Positions 42,255 through 58,641 are shown, numbered from the stretch's first letter. The stretch is DNA of 64,000 nucleotides from Octopus vulgaris (GCA_951406725.2 OX597831.1:52576001-52640000); one strand, 5' to 3'. The notes: generated from the sequence alone by a model not told the origin. Numbers and translations are program-made.

Positions 42255-42665
42255 TTTTACTTGTTTCGATCATTGAACTGTGACCATGCTGGAGTACCGC
42301 CTCGAAGAATTTAGTCTCATCGACGCCAGCGCTTAATATTTTAATGTCTGGTATTTATTCTTTGCTGAACCGCTAGGATATTGGGACACAAACAAACCAA
42401 CACCGGTTGTCAAGCGATGAGGGAGGACAATCACCCACATGCACACACACACTCACACATACATACATACATACATACATACATACATACATACATACAT
42501 ACATACATACACACACGGTGGGTTTCCATGCAGTTTCTGCCAACCAATTCGTTCACAAAGCCATTGGTCGACCCAAGGCTATAGAAGAAGACACTTGCCT
42601 AAGGTACCGTTCAGTGGGACAACCCGAAACAATGTGGTTGGAAAGTGAACTTCTTAACCACGCAG
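42255..42665 (-). mobile_element. SINE family A with internal (CATA)n
   Basis: Shared family A blocks. Confidence 0.8.
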
Positions 42666-43229
42666 CTAATTATCTTAGAAACAATATAAATGTTGTCCTT
42701 AATATAGATTGTGTTGTCAATTTTGTTCTATAGTTTAACACTCTATTATTTTACAATAATATAAATGTTGTGCGTATAATATGGTTATATCTTTGATTTC
42801 GTTTCTTACTTAAAACGTTTTGCCCCCCGTTGACCGGACCGTAGCAGAATAATATCATATCCCTTATGAATATGAGACATTTGCGACAGGATATTTTTTA
42901 TACTAATTTTTAATATTGTTCATAGCAAATGTTTCTTTAAAACCGTGTTATTGGTATTTTCGGACATTTCATTAACTATGTACAAGATCATATGATGTGA
43001 GACTTAAAATTAGTCTGTTTTCATATTTAAATTCTCATTCTCTTGTAACTATAGATTCCTTTCTTTTTCCGCTCGTTCAATCGGCATATAATGCTTTCAC
43101 AAGTTACCCGGCTCCATTTGTACGATTTCAATTTTAAATCTGAATTTACCAAACACTTTGATGTAGAAAATCTAATCTCAGATTTTGTTCAGGATTCACC
43201 ACGTTTCGTTTTTTTTTCATAATGCGCAG

Positions 43230-43770
43230 TGTTTTCCTAAAGTCTGGACACATAGAAAATCTCATGTGTTAGGCCCATTTTTCTTCAATGAGCATATAAC
43301 TAGTGAGACTTACCTCCCCATGTTGAGGGACCAGTTAATACCCCAACTGAGTTGTTCCACCCCTGCTCATTTCGCCACGGCAGTAAGAGATTTACTGAAT
43401 GGCAATTTCCCTAACTGGATTGGAAGATGTAGTCATGTAGAGTGGTCTCCTCGTACATCATACCTTAGCCCCCTTTTGACTTCTTTTTCTGGGATATGCT
43501 AAAAGACAAAGTGTATTCAATGAAAATCACAGATGCAACACACTAGATGGAACACATAAAGAGCGAATGTACTCAAATTGATGGCAGTGTAGAGTTATTG
43601 CATCGGGTTCACATAAAAGCGCATCGACCTTCGCATCACAAATGGTGGAAATCATATTGAAGATGTTGTTTGTAGATATTTCAATTCAATAAAATGTTGT
43701 TGAAAACTTTACGTGTATTTCTTGAAAATATACATTTTGCCTATGTGTCCAGATTTTAGGGGCACCCTGT
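43230..43770 (+). mobile_element. Tc1/mariner-superfamily (DD37D/DD41D-like) 3' fragment
   Basis: VLGPFFFNEHITSETYLPMLRDQLIPQL..PAHFATAVRDLLNGNFPNWIGRCSHVEWSPR, then a frameshifted DFFFWDMLKDKVY-like segment. TIR-like end ggggcaccctgt. Confidence 0.8.
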
Positions 43771-43814
43771 TATATATCAAACTTCTTTTTGCGGCCTGTT
43801 GACGAAGGGAATAG

Positions 43815-43861
<47 letters not shown>

Positions 43862-44152
43862 TGTGTGTGTGTATGTGTATTTATATGCTTTAATCTCCTT
43901 AAGACATAATTCAGCATAGGATTTAATATGCATGTGCTTGTGCATGTACTATGTATGTATGTATGTATGTAGGTAGGTACGTACGTACGTAGGTAGGTAG
44001 GTACGTAGGTAGGTACGTAGGTAGGTACGTAGGTAGGTAGGTAGGTAGGTAGGTAGGTAGCTAGGTAGCTGGGTAGGTAGGTAGGTAGGTAGGTAGGTAG
44101 GTAGGTAGGTAGGTAGGTAGGTAGGTAGGTAGATAGGTAGGTACCTACCTAA

Positions 44153-44385
44153 AGTCATACTCAAAATAATTTCAATACGCTCTGGAATTGTCAAAGACAT
44201 GCAACCGTCCTCAGTCTCAGGAAGCTTCTCTCTATCTAATATATACGTGCCTTAGGTCTCTAGTTGAGACCCGGTCGGAAGATGAAATAAAATGCAATTG
44301 AATCGGAAACTGATAAAAATAATAATACGAACGTGATATAAATAAAATGTCAACTGTTTTGGTGCGTAACTTTTGGCCTACCTTG
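44153..44385 (-). mobile_element. Tc1/mariner-superfamily 5' end fragment
   Basis: TA|CAAGGTAGGCCAAAAGT TIR-like start, then an ORF start MSLTIPERIEIIL, truncated by (GTAG)n. Confidence 0.55.
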
Positions 44386-44644
44386 TATGTAAGCTTGAAG
44401 TGAATTTTATTCATTCGGTTTTCTTCAGATCTATTGAGGACTATTGGGAACTATCGTAACGTGAAAAATATATTCTTGGCGCATTTGACGAACATTTTAT
44501 TGTTATACGCACGCACACTCACATATCTATCTATATATATATATATAACGGGAAGCTTTATGAAAATAAACAAAAGACGAAGGCAGGTGGAATACAAACA
44601 AACAATTGTATTAGTATGGCGCTCAGGAATATAAATAAAACAAG

Positions 44645-44682
44645 TCTTTAACGTTTCGAGCCTACGCTCTTCAACAGAAAGA
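44645..44682 (-). ncRNA. Minimal hammerhead-like motif, second family (core CUGUUGA)
   Basis: UCUUU CUGUUGA A GAGC-GUAG-GCUC GAA ACGU U AAAGA. Confidence 0.6.
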
Positions 44683-45080
44683 TACACAGAAAAGAAACAC
44701 GGAGAGAAACAAGGAGAGAAAAAAAATGCATATATATATATATTATTTATTAATTCGTAATAGAATATAAAGATAAAAATCACGTTAATGATTTTTATCA
44801 GGTAGTCAGCATGCTATAAAAATGTATAGGCAATTTATACATTTAATTAATAATAATATACATATGCTTATAATTATATTAAGGGAGCAAGGGCGAAAAC
44901 GACCTATCTCCAACATGCTTGAAGTGCCGAGACCTTAAAAAAAAACTCCAGTTTTTGGTAGTTTTTTTAAGGTATCAGCACTTCAAGCATGCTGGAGATT
45001 AAATGTCTTGTTCAAGAACACAACACACAGCCAGGTTGTGAGCCCGACGCTCTAACCACTGAGCCATGCGCATTCACACA

Positions 45081-45209
<129 letters not shown>

Positions 45210-45619
45210 ATAACTATTTATATGTGTCTGTCTGTGTATATGTGTGTGTATAAACAGGCAAACAGACAGGCAGAAAGAGAGAGAGAGAGAGAGGGGGGGA
45301 GACATGTGTCTTAGAATAAATATAAGGGTGTTAAAACAGTATGCCCAATCACTCAAATATGGATATGATATATCTCGACTTTGCGAAAGCCTTTTGACGA
45401 AGTTAGTCATGGAATGATCTCGGGGTAGTTGGAAAACTGCTGGAGTGTCAGAATGATTTTTTAAAAGACAGTTGTAGCGAATTGGAGCATCTCCTAGGGA
45501 ACAATGATAGTGAGTGGAGCCTAGTAGGATATTGTCTTGGAGCCAGTATTGTTCATTGTGACTGTCTTAGACATGGCACCAACTATACAACTATACAGCG
45601 GGGCCATCCTCACTAGCCT

Positions 45620-46020
45620 TATTCTTTTACTTGTTTCAGTGATTAGACTGCGGCCATGCTGGATCACCTGCATGAAGGGCTTTAGTTGAACAAATCGATT
45701 CAGGACTTATTTTTTAAGCTTAGTACTTATTCTATTGGTCTTTTTTGCCGAACCGCTAAGTTACTGGAACATAAACACACCAACACCGGTTATCAAACAG
45801 TGATTGGGGGACAGATACAAAGACACATACATACATACATACATACATACATACATACATACATACATACATACGGGCTTCTTTTAGTTTCCATCTACCA
45901 AATCCATTCGCAAGGCTTTGGTCGCCCCGAGGCTATAGTAGAAGACACTTGCCCAAAGTGTCACGCAATGGGACTGAACCCGGAACCGTGTGGTTGGGAA
46001 GCAGCTTCTTACCACACGAC
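45620..46020 (-). mobile_element. SINE family A
   Basis: Shared family A blocks. Confidence 0.85.
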
Positions 46021-46090
46021 GATACAAAAGATGATAAAGAATCCTGGACAAGCTACGCACCTGTAACATGAGTTAAATGCTATATATAAG

Positions 46091-46091
<1 letters not shown>

Positions 46092-46145
<54 letters not shown>

Positions 46146-46425
46146 CATTGTTGTTTGTTCCTTCTCGAGCCATGCCTGTTTCATTGGCGTATAGGTGCCC
46201 CACCTAGACGGGACACCGGTCCGTCACAGGTGAGCTGCTAGATGCAGAAGGAAAGCGTGAGACAAAGTTGTGGCGAAAGAGTCAGCAGAAGTTCGCCATT
46301 AACTTCTGCCGGAGCCGCGTGGAGCTTAGGTGTTTCGCTCATAAACATCGCCCGGTCTGAGATTCGAACCCGCGATCCCTCGACCATGAGTCCGCTGCTC
46401 TAACCACTAGGCTATGTGCCTCCAC
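46092..46425 (-). mobile_element. tRNA-headed SINE (family C-like) with (CAA)n tail
   Basis: A box tagcctagtgg, B box gggttcgaatct. 13-bp TSD gct(a/t)tatataagt at 46079-46091 and 46426-46438. Confidence 0.88.
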
Positions 46426-47384
46426 GCTTTATATAAGTGGGTTGAAGAAAACAGAATACAGTCCAACCCCGCAGCCATCAACTCACAAAATTAAAAGCAA
46501 TGAACACGAAATACACTTGACCAAGAGGAATTGCAATCTTCTTAGAGTCGCAATCAGTACTTGACCTAGGCATTAACGTAAGTGGTATGCATGTTTTCAT
46601 GTGCATATTTCTAAGATGGCAATGAACTGCAGCTGGCTGGCCGGATGGATTCTAAGAAGCTCAGAACATTAAAGCGGGAAACCATAATAGTCCTCTGGAG
46701 GACATTTGTCTTCGTCTAGATTATTGCTCACAGTTATAATCACCACATAGTGTAAAATTAATGGCGGTACTTGAAGCAAGTCAAAGCTGTTACACGAAGA
46801 TGATTGCCTCAATGCAACAAACCAGGAAAGGTTGAAAAAGAGTTAAGACACACTTCAGCGAATACGGGAAAGGTGTGCTGTAATATGTTTCTGAACGATC
46901 CCGGAAGGACTTGCACCGAACTTTACCATTGATGTTAATCTCCAAACGTGGCACCACTGCAATGGGCCTTAGATCGCATCTTCGCCATCCAAATTTCAAA
47001 CTAGATATTGCAATAACTTAGGTGTTCATGAAGTCATATCTTTTCGATATTCTACCGAAAGACTTAAAAAAACCTATGTAATGTGGAATGTAGACGTCTT
47101 CAAAACTTCGCCTTCCACTGTCTAGAATTCCTGACAAGTTTTCTTCGCGGAGAGAAACACAGCTTCGGACTCTACCGTTCACCAAATACCAACTAAAGGA
47201 GGATCGGTAAAAAGTGTAAGTAAACAACATTAGTGCCCCAACTTGGCCATAACTCACGGACTGAAATAAGTAAAAGAAAATTATAGAAGATATATACACT
47301 CACACGCATATACACATTCATATAGATATATGTACACAATGCATACACACACACACATATATATATATATACGTTTAAATGTGC

Positions 47385-47424
<40 letters not shown>

Positions 47425-47501
47425 ACACAAATACACACAGATATGTATGTATAATGCTGCGGGAGATAGACACTCTATGTATGTGTGTGTGTGTGTGTAT
47501 G

Positions 47502-47553
<52 letters not shown>

Positions 47554-47581
47554 GGTATGTATGTAAGTATGTGTCATACGT

Positions 47582-47623
<42 letters not shown>

Positions 47624-47942
47624 ATACACACGCGTGTATGCATATCGGAATATATCGGTGTTGCTTTACTCTTATGTTGAATGTTAAATATGGAAGAGAC
47701 GGGAAAGATGAGTTGGAAGAATCGATCAATGTAAAAGTATAGGGAAACATCTCTACATTTCCTTCACAGTATCCTGAGAGGAAGGAAAACATAAACCATT
47801 CAGAACTACTGCACTTATCTCATGTTCTTTGAATAGAGGCCACTGTGTACGTATGTGTGTATTTGGGCATGCGTGTGTCTTAATACGTACAATACATTTT
47901 ATGTAAGCATGTGTGTAAGTATGTACATGTTTGTGTGTGTAT

Positions 47943-47997
<55 letters not shown>

Positions 47998-48152
47998 TTT
48001 GAATTTGCAGGCGAATGGGGATTGTTCAATGTAAATAATAGAGTTTAGAGTTTATTCAGAGACCGACTGAGAATGGGGTCGGGGAAAATCTCAGCTTCGA
48101 ACAAATGAAGTGGAGATGCATATATACACACTCACATTGACGGACAGACAAG

Positions 48153-48184
<32 letters not shown>

Positions 48185-48269
48185 ATACATAGATAGATAG
48201 ATAATGTAGTCAAGATAACAGACATCAATTTTATTAGATCTGATCTACGAAGAATATTCACTCCATCTG

Positions 48270-48730
48270 GCTATTGAAGTCCTTTTGCTCTGTATGGAGC
48301 ACAGACCATCGACGACTTTTTTCCCCCCTGATCTTGACCCTGAACTGTCTTTTCTTCTCTCCAGCTCGATGCCTCCTTTGGTCAGCTGTGCTTCTATATG
48401 CCGCCTCCAACTACTTTTAAGGTCCTTCTCTTCCACCTCCCTTGTGGGGCCTGACGTATCATATATTCCCCTAAGGGAAGAACTTCCTCTCCCAAGTCTT
48501 TTTTGGTTTTGGATTGCCATCGATGATTCTGTAATTTTGTTTGTTTGTTTGTTTATTTGCTGTTGTTGTTGTTTTTCTCTAGTTAGTGGTGTTGACCCTA
48601 GGCAAATTCATTTTCATATCTGGCAAAGGGTCAAATTAACCTGGCCTCTGTCTTTTGACTTGTTGGACATGGGAGGCCCAACTTGGAGTCTGTGCTCCAC
48701 TGGCATAGCTTTCGGTATCACTGAGACAAG
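48270..48730 (-). pseudogene. RTE-type LINE fragments
   Basis: KSSWRRHIEAQL..VVDGLCS resembles the RTE ORF C-terminus. Confidence 0.6.
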
Positions 48731-48849
48731 AATGTCTGTATTTTGTGGTAGCTTTATTTGGCAAGCCTTAGATATAGCCGTTTCCGTTCTTTATGCTCCT
48801 ATACCACCTTTATGCGTTCATCCTATGCAAATCAACAGGATGCAATTCG

Positions 48850-49380
48850 GTGTTTTATTCTCATTACATCCATGTTGTTGCATTGCTGCATTACTGTTTT
48901 GTCTGTTAAGGGTTTTATTATACCACCAGACGCAACCCTCAAACAAGGGGTGACGTACGCTGGCAGAAATATGCTCCAATAATGCAAAACTTCGATGTCA
49001 CAACGATGACAACCAATAGCGTCAGTTCTGCTCCACTGTATAATATTGACCTGGAGGCCAGGAATGGGAATACCTTGTTCACCACACTCAGTAGGATTCA
49101 TAACTTCGTTGACTTCATTCTTTACAAAATATTCCATCGACGGGTTTCTTTGCTTAACTATCTCACGTTATTTCACATGTTTATTATTTCCAACCCCACT
49201 GCTTTTGTTGCACGCTTCTCTTCTTGGATCTGGCGAATTTCTCCCATCACAATACCTAACCTGCCTTTGTGATTCTAGCGTAATATCCAGTTGTTTCATA
49301 CCCGATCCATTCAAACCTGGAATGGGTCGGATTCTGCTTTGTCAGGACCCTGCCACTTCAAAATCTCTGCTACGCTATGT
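48850..49380 (-). pseudogene. Hero/NeSL-like RLE non-LTR fragment
   Basis: Frameshifted pieces GEIRQIQEEKRATKAVG, RWNIL*RM..KL*ILLSVV, CHRC and LFEGCVWWYNKTL recall the zinc-knuckle / GRY.WRHN region. Confidence 0.5.
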
Positions 49381-49457
49381 TTTGTATTATTAATTAATTA
49401 TCCGCGTTGTCAGCGCATGCGATGTCATGCAAATTAAGTCACCTAATTTAACTGCCC

Positions 49458-49830
49458 GAGCTTGTATAAAATATAAACAGCTATAAGCTACTAATTTCTC
49501 TACGTACAAAGGATAAATACCTTTCACAGACGAAGGACTAATACTAAAATTAAATAGGTCGGACTAAATTGATAGATCTAAATAAAGAGGTCTAAGACTA
49601 AATAGGTAGGTTATTCTTTTCCATTCTTTTTTTGTCCAAGGAGAGCTTGTATAAAATATAAACAGCTATAAGCTACTAATTTCTCTACGGACAAAGGATA
49701 AATACCTTTCACAGATGAAGGACTAATACTAAAATTAAATAGGTCGGACTAAATTGATAGATCTAAATAAAGAGGTCTAAGACTAAATAGGTAGGTTATT
49801 CTTTTCCATTCTTTTTTTGTCCAAGGAGAG
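49458..49830. repeat. 185-bp tandem duplication
   Basis: 49458-49642 is repeated from 49643, with two substitutions seen. Confidence 0.95.
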
Positions 49831-50071
49831 ATAAAATCTTATGATATTACGATTTTCATTACTTCTTGCAGCGTGGTTAAAACTATAAGTTTACAAAAAT
49901 ATATTTCATAAATTAACTTAACAGCATTTCAAATTATCCACAAATCGCTTTGTACATTATTAATTAATGAATTGTAAATCACAGATGCTATCACCAACAA
50001 AATAAGAATGCTCAATTCGTGCAGTAAAACTACAGATTTATTATTTTAAGATAGTTGATAGGAGTTACAGG

Positions 50072-51420
50072 TTCATAACTACTAGTTTCATGCCTATAGC
50101 TAAACACTTACAAGCATCAGATGAATCTGCAATGAACCTCAAGTACGGATAGTGGTTTTGTGTGTTTATAAGATGACTTCATTCAGTATGTTTATAAGAT
50201 ATTTGTATTACTTATACATGCGCATTAGGAATATAGTATCAGAGGATTGTAAAGCTTTGTTTCTATAAGATCAATTATCTCTCCCAGGTGAGATATGTAA
50301 TATTAGTTTCAAGTTATGGCACAAGGCCAGCAATTTCGGGGAAGTGGAGTAAGTCGATTACATCGACCCCAGTGATCTACTAGTACTTATTTTATCGACC
50401 CCGAAAGGATGAAAAGCAAAGTTGATCTCAGCAGAATTTGAGGTCAGAGCATAAATTAGGACGAAATGCCTCTAAGCATTTTTCCCCAGCGTGCTAACCA
50501 TTCTGTTAGCTCACTACCTTAATGAGATATGTAATATTATCGCTGCGTAAGATTGACTGAAGTGTAAATTCTGGTAATTCCATAATACAGAATGGCAAGA
50601 AAAATAATCGCTTTAATCAAATTGTTCTGTATTTGTTTCTGGTTTCCTAAAATGAATTTTCCAAAATGCATGCATCCACCAAAAATTTCTATTCTAATAT
50701 TTAAACAATCTTTTAGGCATTTGAAACATTTTAGGATAAAAACCTTCTAAATTGTTTGTACATAACTTGCTTCGTTCATATAAGATTAGCTCCATTATAA
50801 AAATTTCCAGTTTCTATCGAATTTAATTCCACAGTCTTTCAATCGCCAAATATAATTAGTATGCTGACGTTCCTCTTTCGTATATAGCTAAAAGAAATAT
50901 GCTTGAAATAGCGGTATTAGAATTTAGCTTCCGCCATTCCAACATAATGCTTATTCACGTTCTTTAGATTTTGTTCCGTGAAGGCAATCACGGTCTCGCA
51001 AATAAATGATCGTCTGAACGTTTGCATGACTGCCAGAGAGGACATAAATTTTTATTTCTACAAAAGCAATTTACCCCTGTTGGTTTGCTGAGATTTCTGG
51101 TGACTACGCATTTCACATTTGATGTACAACTGTAATCTATTTTTGAATTATTTCTGATAATCATTTTTCTATATAGGTTGTTGATCAGGAAATATTTATA
51201 AATTAGACATGGGAAGAGACTAGTTGTAGTGGATATGAAATTTAATGAGAGGTGGAACCAAATAATTTTCCGGTAACCTTTTCTATTGGTAGGTGACTGG
51301 CTGGCTGCTGATTAAGGATGAAATGAGTATTTTCTTCTTTTCCAATTACTGCTACTTACATGCAACTTAACCCAGTTTTGATTCCGATATAAATTTGGAA
51401 GGATCGCCACAAAAATATTC
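50072..51420 (-). mobile_element. Decayed Penelope-like element: Cys-rich linker, GIY-YIG remnant and hammerhead-like motif
   Basis: Minus-strand pieces CFCRNKNLCPL, HYVGMAEAKF*YRYFKH and NYIWRLKDCGIKFDRNWK. Hammerhead-like motif at 50072-50125. Confidence 0.7.
50306..50522 (-). mobile_element. SINE family B with 17-bp TSD
   Basis: tgagatatgtaatatta at 50289-50305 and 50523-50539. Confidence 0.92.
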
Positions 51421-51474
51421 CACTTCTGAAATATTTGATGAAATCTATAAGGCACAAGAATGTTTTATATAATC

Positions 51475-52030
51475 TTTTCTACTCTAGGAACAAGGCCCAG
51501 AATTTTTGGAGAAGGGGACCAGTAAATTAGATCAACCCCAGTACGCAAATGGTACTTAATTTATCGACCCCGAAAGGATGAAAGGCAAAGTCGTCCTCGG
51601 TAGAATTTGAACTCAGGACGTAAAGACAGACGAAATACCTATTTCTTTACTACCCACAAGGGGGCTAAACACAGAGAGGACAAACAAGGACAGACAAACG
51701 GATTAAGTCGATTATATCGACCCCAGTGCGTAACTGGTACTTATTTAATCGACACCGAAAGGATGAAAGGCAATGTTGTCCTCGGCAGAATTTGAACTCG
51801 GAACATAAAGACAGACGAAATGCCGCAAAGCATTTCAACCGGCGTGCTAACGTTCCTGCCGGCTCGCCGCCTTATTTATTTCTTTATTGCCCACAGGGGG
51901 CTAAACATAGAGAGGACAAACAAGGACAGACAAACGGATTAAGGAGATTACATCGACCTCAGTGCTTAACTGGTACTTATTTAATCGACCCCGAAAGGAT
52001 GAAAGACAAAGTTGACCTCGGCGGAATTTG
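51475..52030 (-). mobile_element. Stack of three SINE family B copies
   Basis: Three gaaaggatgaaag cores. Confidence 0.85.
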
Positions 52031-52181
52031 GAATGTTTTATACAATACACCGGCATTTGAGTTACAGCACAACGTTTACTACTAACACAAAGTTTAAAAT
52101 ATTTTTGCAAATAAAGTAAATGCCAAGTGCAAACCATTGCTTGTTTTATTAGCTTACTAAGTAATTGTTTAAATACAATAT

Positions 52182-52565
52182 GGAAGCACTCCGTCGGTTA
52201 CGACGACGAGGGTTCCGGTTGATCCGAATCAACGGAACAGCCTGCTCGTGAAATTAACGTGTAAGTGGCTGAGCACTCCACAGACACGTGCACCCTTAAC
52301 GTAGTTCTCGGGGATATTCAGCGTGACATAGAGAGTGACAAGGCCGGCCCTTTGAAATACAGGTACAACAGAAACAGGAAGTAAGAGTGAGAGAAAGTTG
52401 TGGTGAAAGAGTACAGCGGGGATCAATACTATCCCCTGCCGGAGCCTCGTAGAGCTTTAGGTGTTTTCGCTCAATAAACACTCACAACGCCCGGTCTGGG
52501 AATCGAAACCGCGATCCTATGACCGCGAGTCCGCTGCCCTAACCACTGGGCCATTGCGCCTCCAC
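52182..52565 (-). mobile_element. Young full-length tRNA-headed SINE (family C-like)
   Basis: A box tggcccagtgg, B box ggtttcgattccc. Perfect 14-bp TSD tttaaatacaatat at 52168-52181 and 52566-52579. Confidence 0.93.
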
Positions 52566-52888
52566 TTTAAATACAATATAGAAATCACAACACTGAATAG
52601 AATGGATATATGGATATAGATATTATATCAAAAGATATTATATCTGTGTTTAGCCCCTTGTGGGTAGTAAAGAAATAAGTATTTCGTCTGTCTTTACGTC
52701 CTGAGTTCAAATTCTACCGAGGACAACTTTGCCTTTCATCCTTTCGGGGTCGATAAATTAAGTACCATTTGCGTACTGGGATTGATCTAATTTACTGGCC
52801 CCCTTCCCCAAAAAGGGGACAATCTACTCTGAGTTTCCTGATTTTCATGAACTGCCAACGAAATTCAAGGAAGAATGTCAGTTTGCGT

Positions 52889-52992
<104 letters not shown>

Positions 52993-52994
52993 CT

Positions 52995-53209
52995 TTTATC
53001 TTTTACTTGCTTCAATCACTGGACTGCGGCTTTGCTGAGGAACTGCCTTGAAGGGTTTTAGTCCAACAAATCGGCTCCACTTCTTAGTTTTAAATCTAGT
53101 ACTTATTCTATCGGTCTCTTTTGCCAGACCGTTAAGTTACGGAGATGTAAACAAACTAACACTGGTTGTCGAGCGAATAGAGGTAACAGACACAAAGTTA
53201 CACACACAC

Positions 53210-53276
<67 letters not shown>

Positions 53277-53410
53277 TATATATATATATATATATATATA
53301 TTTATACGACGGGCTTCCACGCAGTTTCCGTCAACTATGGTAGAAGACACTTACCCAAAGTGCCACGCAATGGGACTGAACGTGAAACCACTCGGCTGCA
53401 AAGCGATCTT
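52995..53410 (-). mobile_element. SINE family A
   Basis: Shared family A blocks. Confidence 0.8.
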
Positions 53411-53532
53411 CCTATTCACATTAAATGTAATGTAATGTGTGTGTGTGTGTGTATGTGTATGTGTGTGTGTGTCTGTGTCTGTGTGTCTGTGTGTATGTGA
53501 GTGTGTGCGTGCGTGAATGTGCGTGTGAACAA

Positions 53533-53573
<41 letters not shown>

Positions 53574-53590
53574 GAGACAGACAGACAGAC

Positions 53591-53649
<59 letters not shown>

Positions 53650-54606
53650 CATGTATATATACATACATTAATTTTATCTTATAATTTAATTTTTTTATCC
53701 TCATTTCAACAGATGATTGCTTTAAAATTTTGCTCTTATTTTTGTTTGTACTTTTCCATTAATCTCATTATAACATATTTCCCTCGATTTACACGATTTC
53801 CAATCAGTAAAATGACTCGCTGAATCAATTTGTCGTAGTAACATCGATGACCAACTGTACATATATATATATATATATATATAACATCGTTGTTTTGTTT
53901 TTTTTCTCGTTTTGTTTTGTTTTGTTTTTTGCTGCTTGGTTTATATAATTGTTTTCTTATACATTGGCGTTTATTTTAATGCTTTCACGTACAAGCAATT
54001 AATTAATAAATTAATCAGCAGAAAATTGAGCGACAAACATATACTGATTCATCGATCGATCTGCATGTGTGCGTGTGTGTGAGTGCGAGTGTGTGTGTGT
54101 GTGTATTTGCGTGTGTCTTTGTATGTGTGTACGTGTGTGTGTCTCTGCGTATGTACCTGTGTGTGTATGTGTCTGTATGTATATATATACATAATTACAT
54201 GCATACATACATACGCACGTCTGTTTGGTATGCAATGCGATGTTATCTGTTTATCTGTCTCTCGCTCTCTCTTTCTCTCTCTTTCTCTCTCTCTTTCTCT
54301 CTAGCTGTCTCTACTTCTGTCTCTGTCTGCCTCTCTGTCCCTCTGTCTCTCTCACTCACTCTTTCTCTCTAGCTGTCTCTGTCTGTCTCTCTGTCTCTTT
54401 CTCTCTAGCTGTCTCTGTCTGCCTCTCTGTCCTTCTGTCTCTCTCTCTCTCTTTCTCTCTAGCTGTCTCTGTCTGTCTCTCTGTCTCTCTCTCTCTAGCT
54501 GTCTCTGTCTGCCTCTCTGTCCCTCTGTCTCTCTCTCTCTCTCTCTCTTTCTCTCTAGCTGTCTCTACCTTTGTCACAGTCTGTCTCTGTTGTCTATCTG
54601 TTTGAC

Positions 54607-54667
<61 letters not shown>

Positions 54668-54703
54668 GTGTGTGTGTATGTATATATATATATATATTTA
54701 TAC

Positions 54704-54740
<37 letters not shown>

Positions 54741-54754
54741 ATATATTATATATA

Positions 54755-54851
<97 letters not shown>

Positions 54852-55606
54852 TTATATATTTTATATATATATATATATGCTTGATTGGGTGACTATCTTT
54901 GCTTATGTAACTATATTTATCTTGTAAGCTATGTATCTATCGTTCTAAGGACAGATAGTCAGCAAGATAACACAAAACAGTGTTAGTGAGTGCGTGAGTG
55001 CATTAGAGGATGAGTGATGAGTGAGTGAGCGAGCGATCGAGTGAGCGAGCGATCGAGTGAGTGCATGAGTGAATGAGTAAATGAGATAAATATTCCGTCT
55101 CTTATGAAATATGTTATATGAAAGAACTCATTACGTCATAGTTATACGATTTTTCCTCCAAACGTTCACTCACTCAGAACTACCCTCAATGCTAACGCTT
55201 CGCTCTTGCCTCTCTCTTTCTCCTTCTCTCTTTCTCACTCTCACTGTGTTTTTCAGTTTCTCACTATTTCTCCATATATATATGTGTGTGTGTATACATA
55301 CATACATACATACATACACATGCATAAATACACACTCACACACACACAGACACGAGAAAGCATGGATGTGTGTGCATACATGTCTATCAAATCTATTTAT
55401 CTATCTAATAATTGTCAGTCCGTCTCACCGTGTCGATCAATCAAGTTATCGATCTGCCTGTATCGTTTCTTTAATTTCTTTCTCATTTCCACTCTCGCTC
55501 GCTCACCCTTTCCCTCTCTCTCTCCCTCTTTCATTCTCTACGTCACTTTCAAATACACACACATACGTACACATACAAGCACACACACACACACACACAC
55601 ACACAC

Positions 55607-56375
<769 letters not shown>

Positions 56376-56376
56376 A

Positions 56377-56476
<100 letters not shown>

Positions 56477-56999
56477 GTCTATACCAACACACACACACGT
56501 ACAAATACATATATGTACATGTGAAGAGAGAGACGAGCGGAAATGTGAAACACCTCCCCCCACCCACGCCAGCATCAGGAATTCAGCTCTGTAACACAAC
56601 CTATTCAAATGTACTGTGATTGAGTATCACATAAATAAAGTATTGAGTACTTATTCGATTCATTGCCTTGCACAACAAACATGTTACCATCTCTATTTGA
56701 AATACATACACACACACACAGACAGACATACACACGCACGCACACACACATGCACACGCGCACGCACGCACTCATACACATACATACATACATTTAAACA
56801 TACATGTGTATATAATATATATATATACATACGTATATATTTATATATATATACACATACACACATACATATACATATATATATAAGTGTATATATATAT
56901 ATGTGTGTGTGTGTGTGCCTGTGTGTGTATATGTGTGTGTGAGAGTAAAAGGGAGTTTAACCGGGCTAATATATACATACACACATATTCATACAAGTG

Positions 57000-58403
<1,404 letters not shown>

Positions 58404-58603
58404 ACCAAAGTAAGCACATGAGTGTGAAACAAGGTGGGAAAAAATAGTATTCGAATACCGGAGGTAGAGTTATATGCTTTACTATTATCAAAGCTGCTAA
58501 AATATCGCAAAAATCTCACAAAAATATCACATAAATATCAAAAGAATATCACACAAAAACTGCTCCTCGGAGTTTCACGTTGTTGTTCGTCGGACAGTCG
58601 AAC

Positions 58604-58641
58604 CTGTCCGTCGAACGGGAACGTGAAACTCTGAGTAGCAG
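58604..58641 (+). ncRNA. Hammerhead-like motif, first family, in a second foldback
   Basis: CUGU CCGUCGA ACG-GGAA-CGU GAA ACUC-U-GAGU A GCAG. A damaged inverted partner lies at 58560-58597. Confidence 0.55.

Larger units (their letters stand above)
45330..47200 (+). pseudogene. CR1-type LINE reverse-transcriptase remnant interrupted by SINEs
   Basis: NMDMIYLDFAKAF at ~45354-45393 and RLDYCSQL..VLEASQSCYTK at ~46712-46800. Confidence 0.75.
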
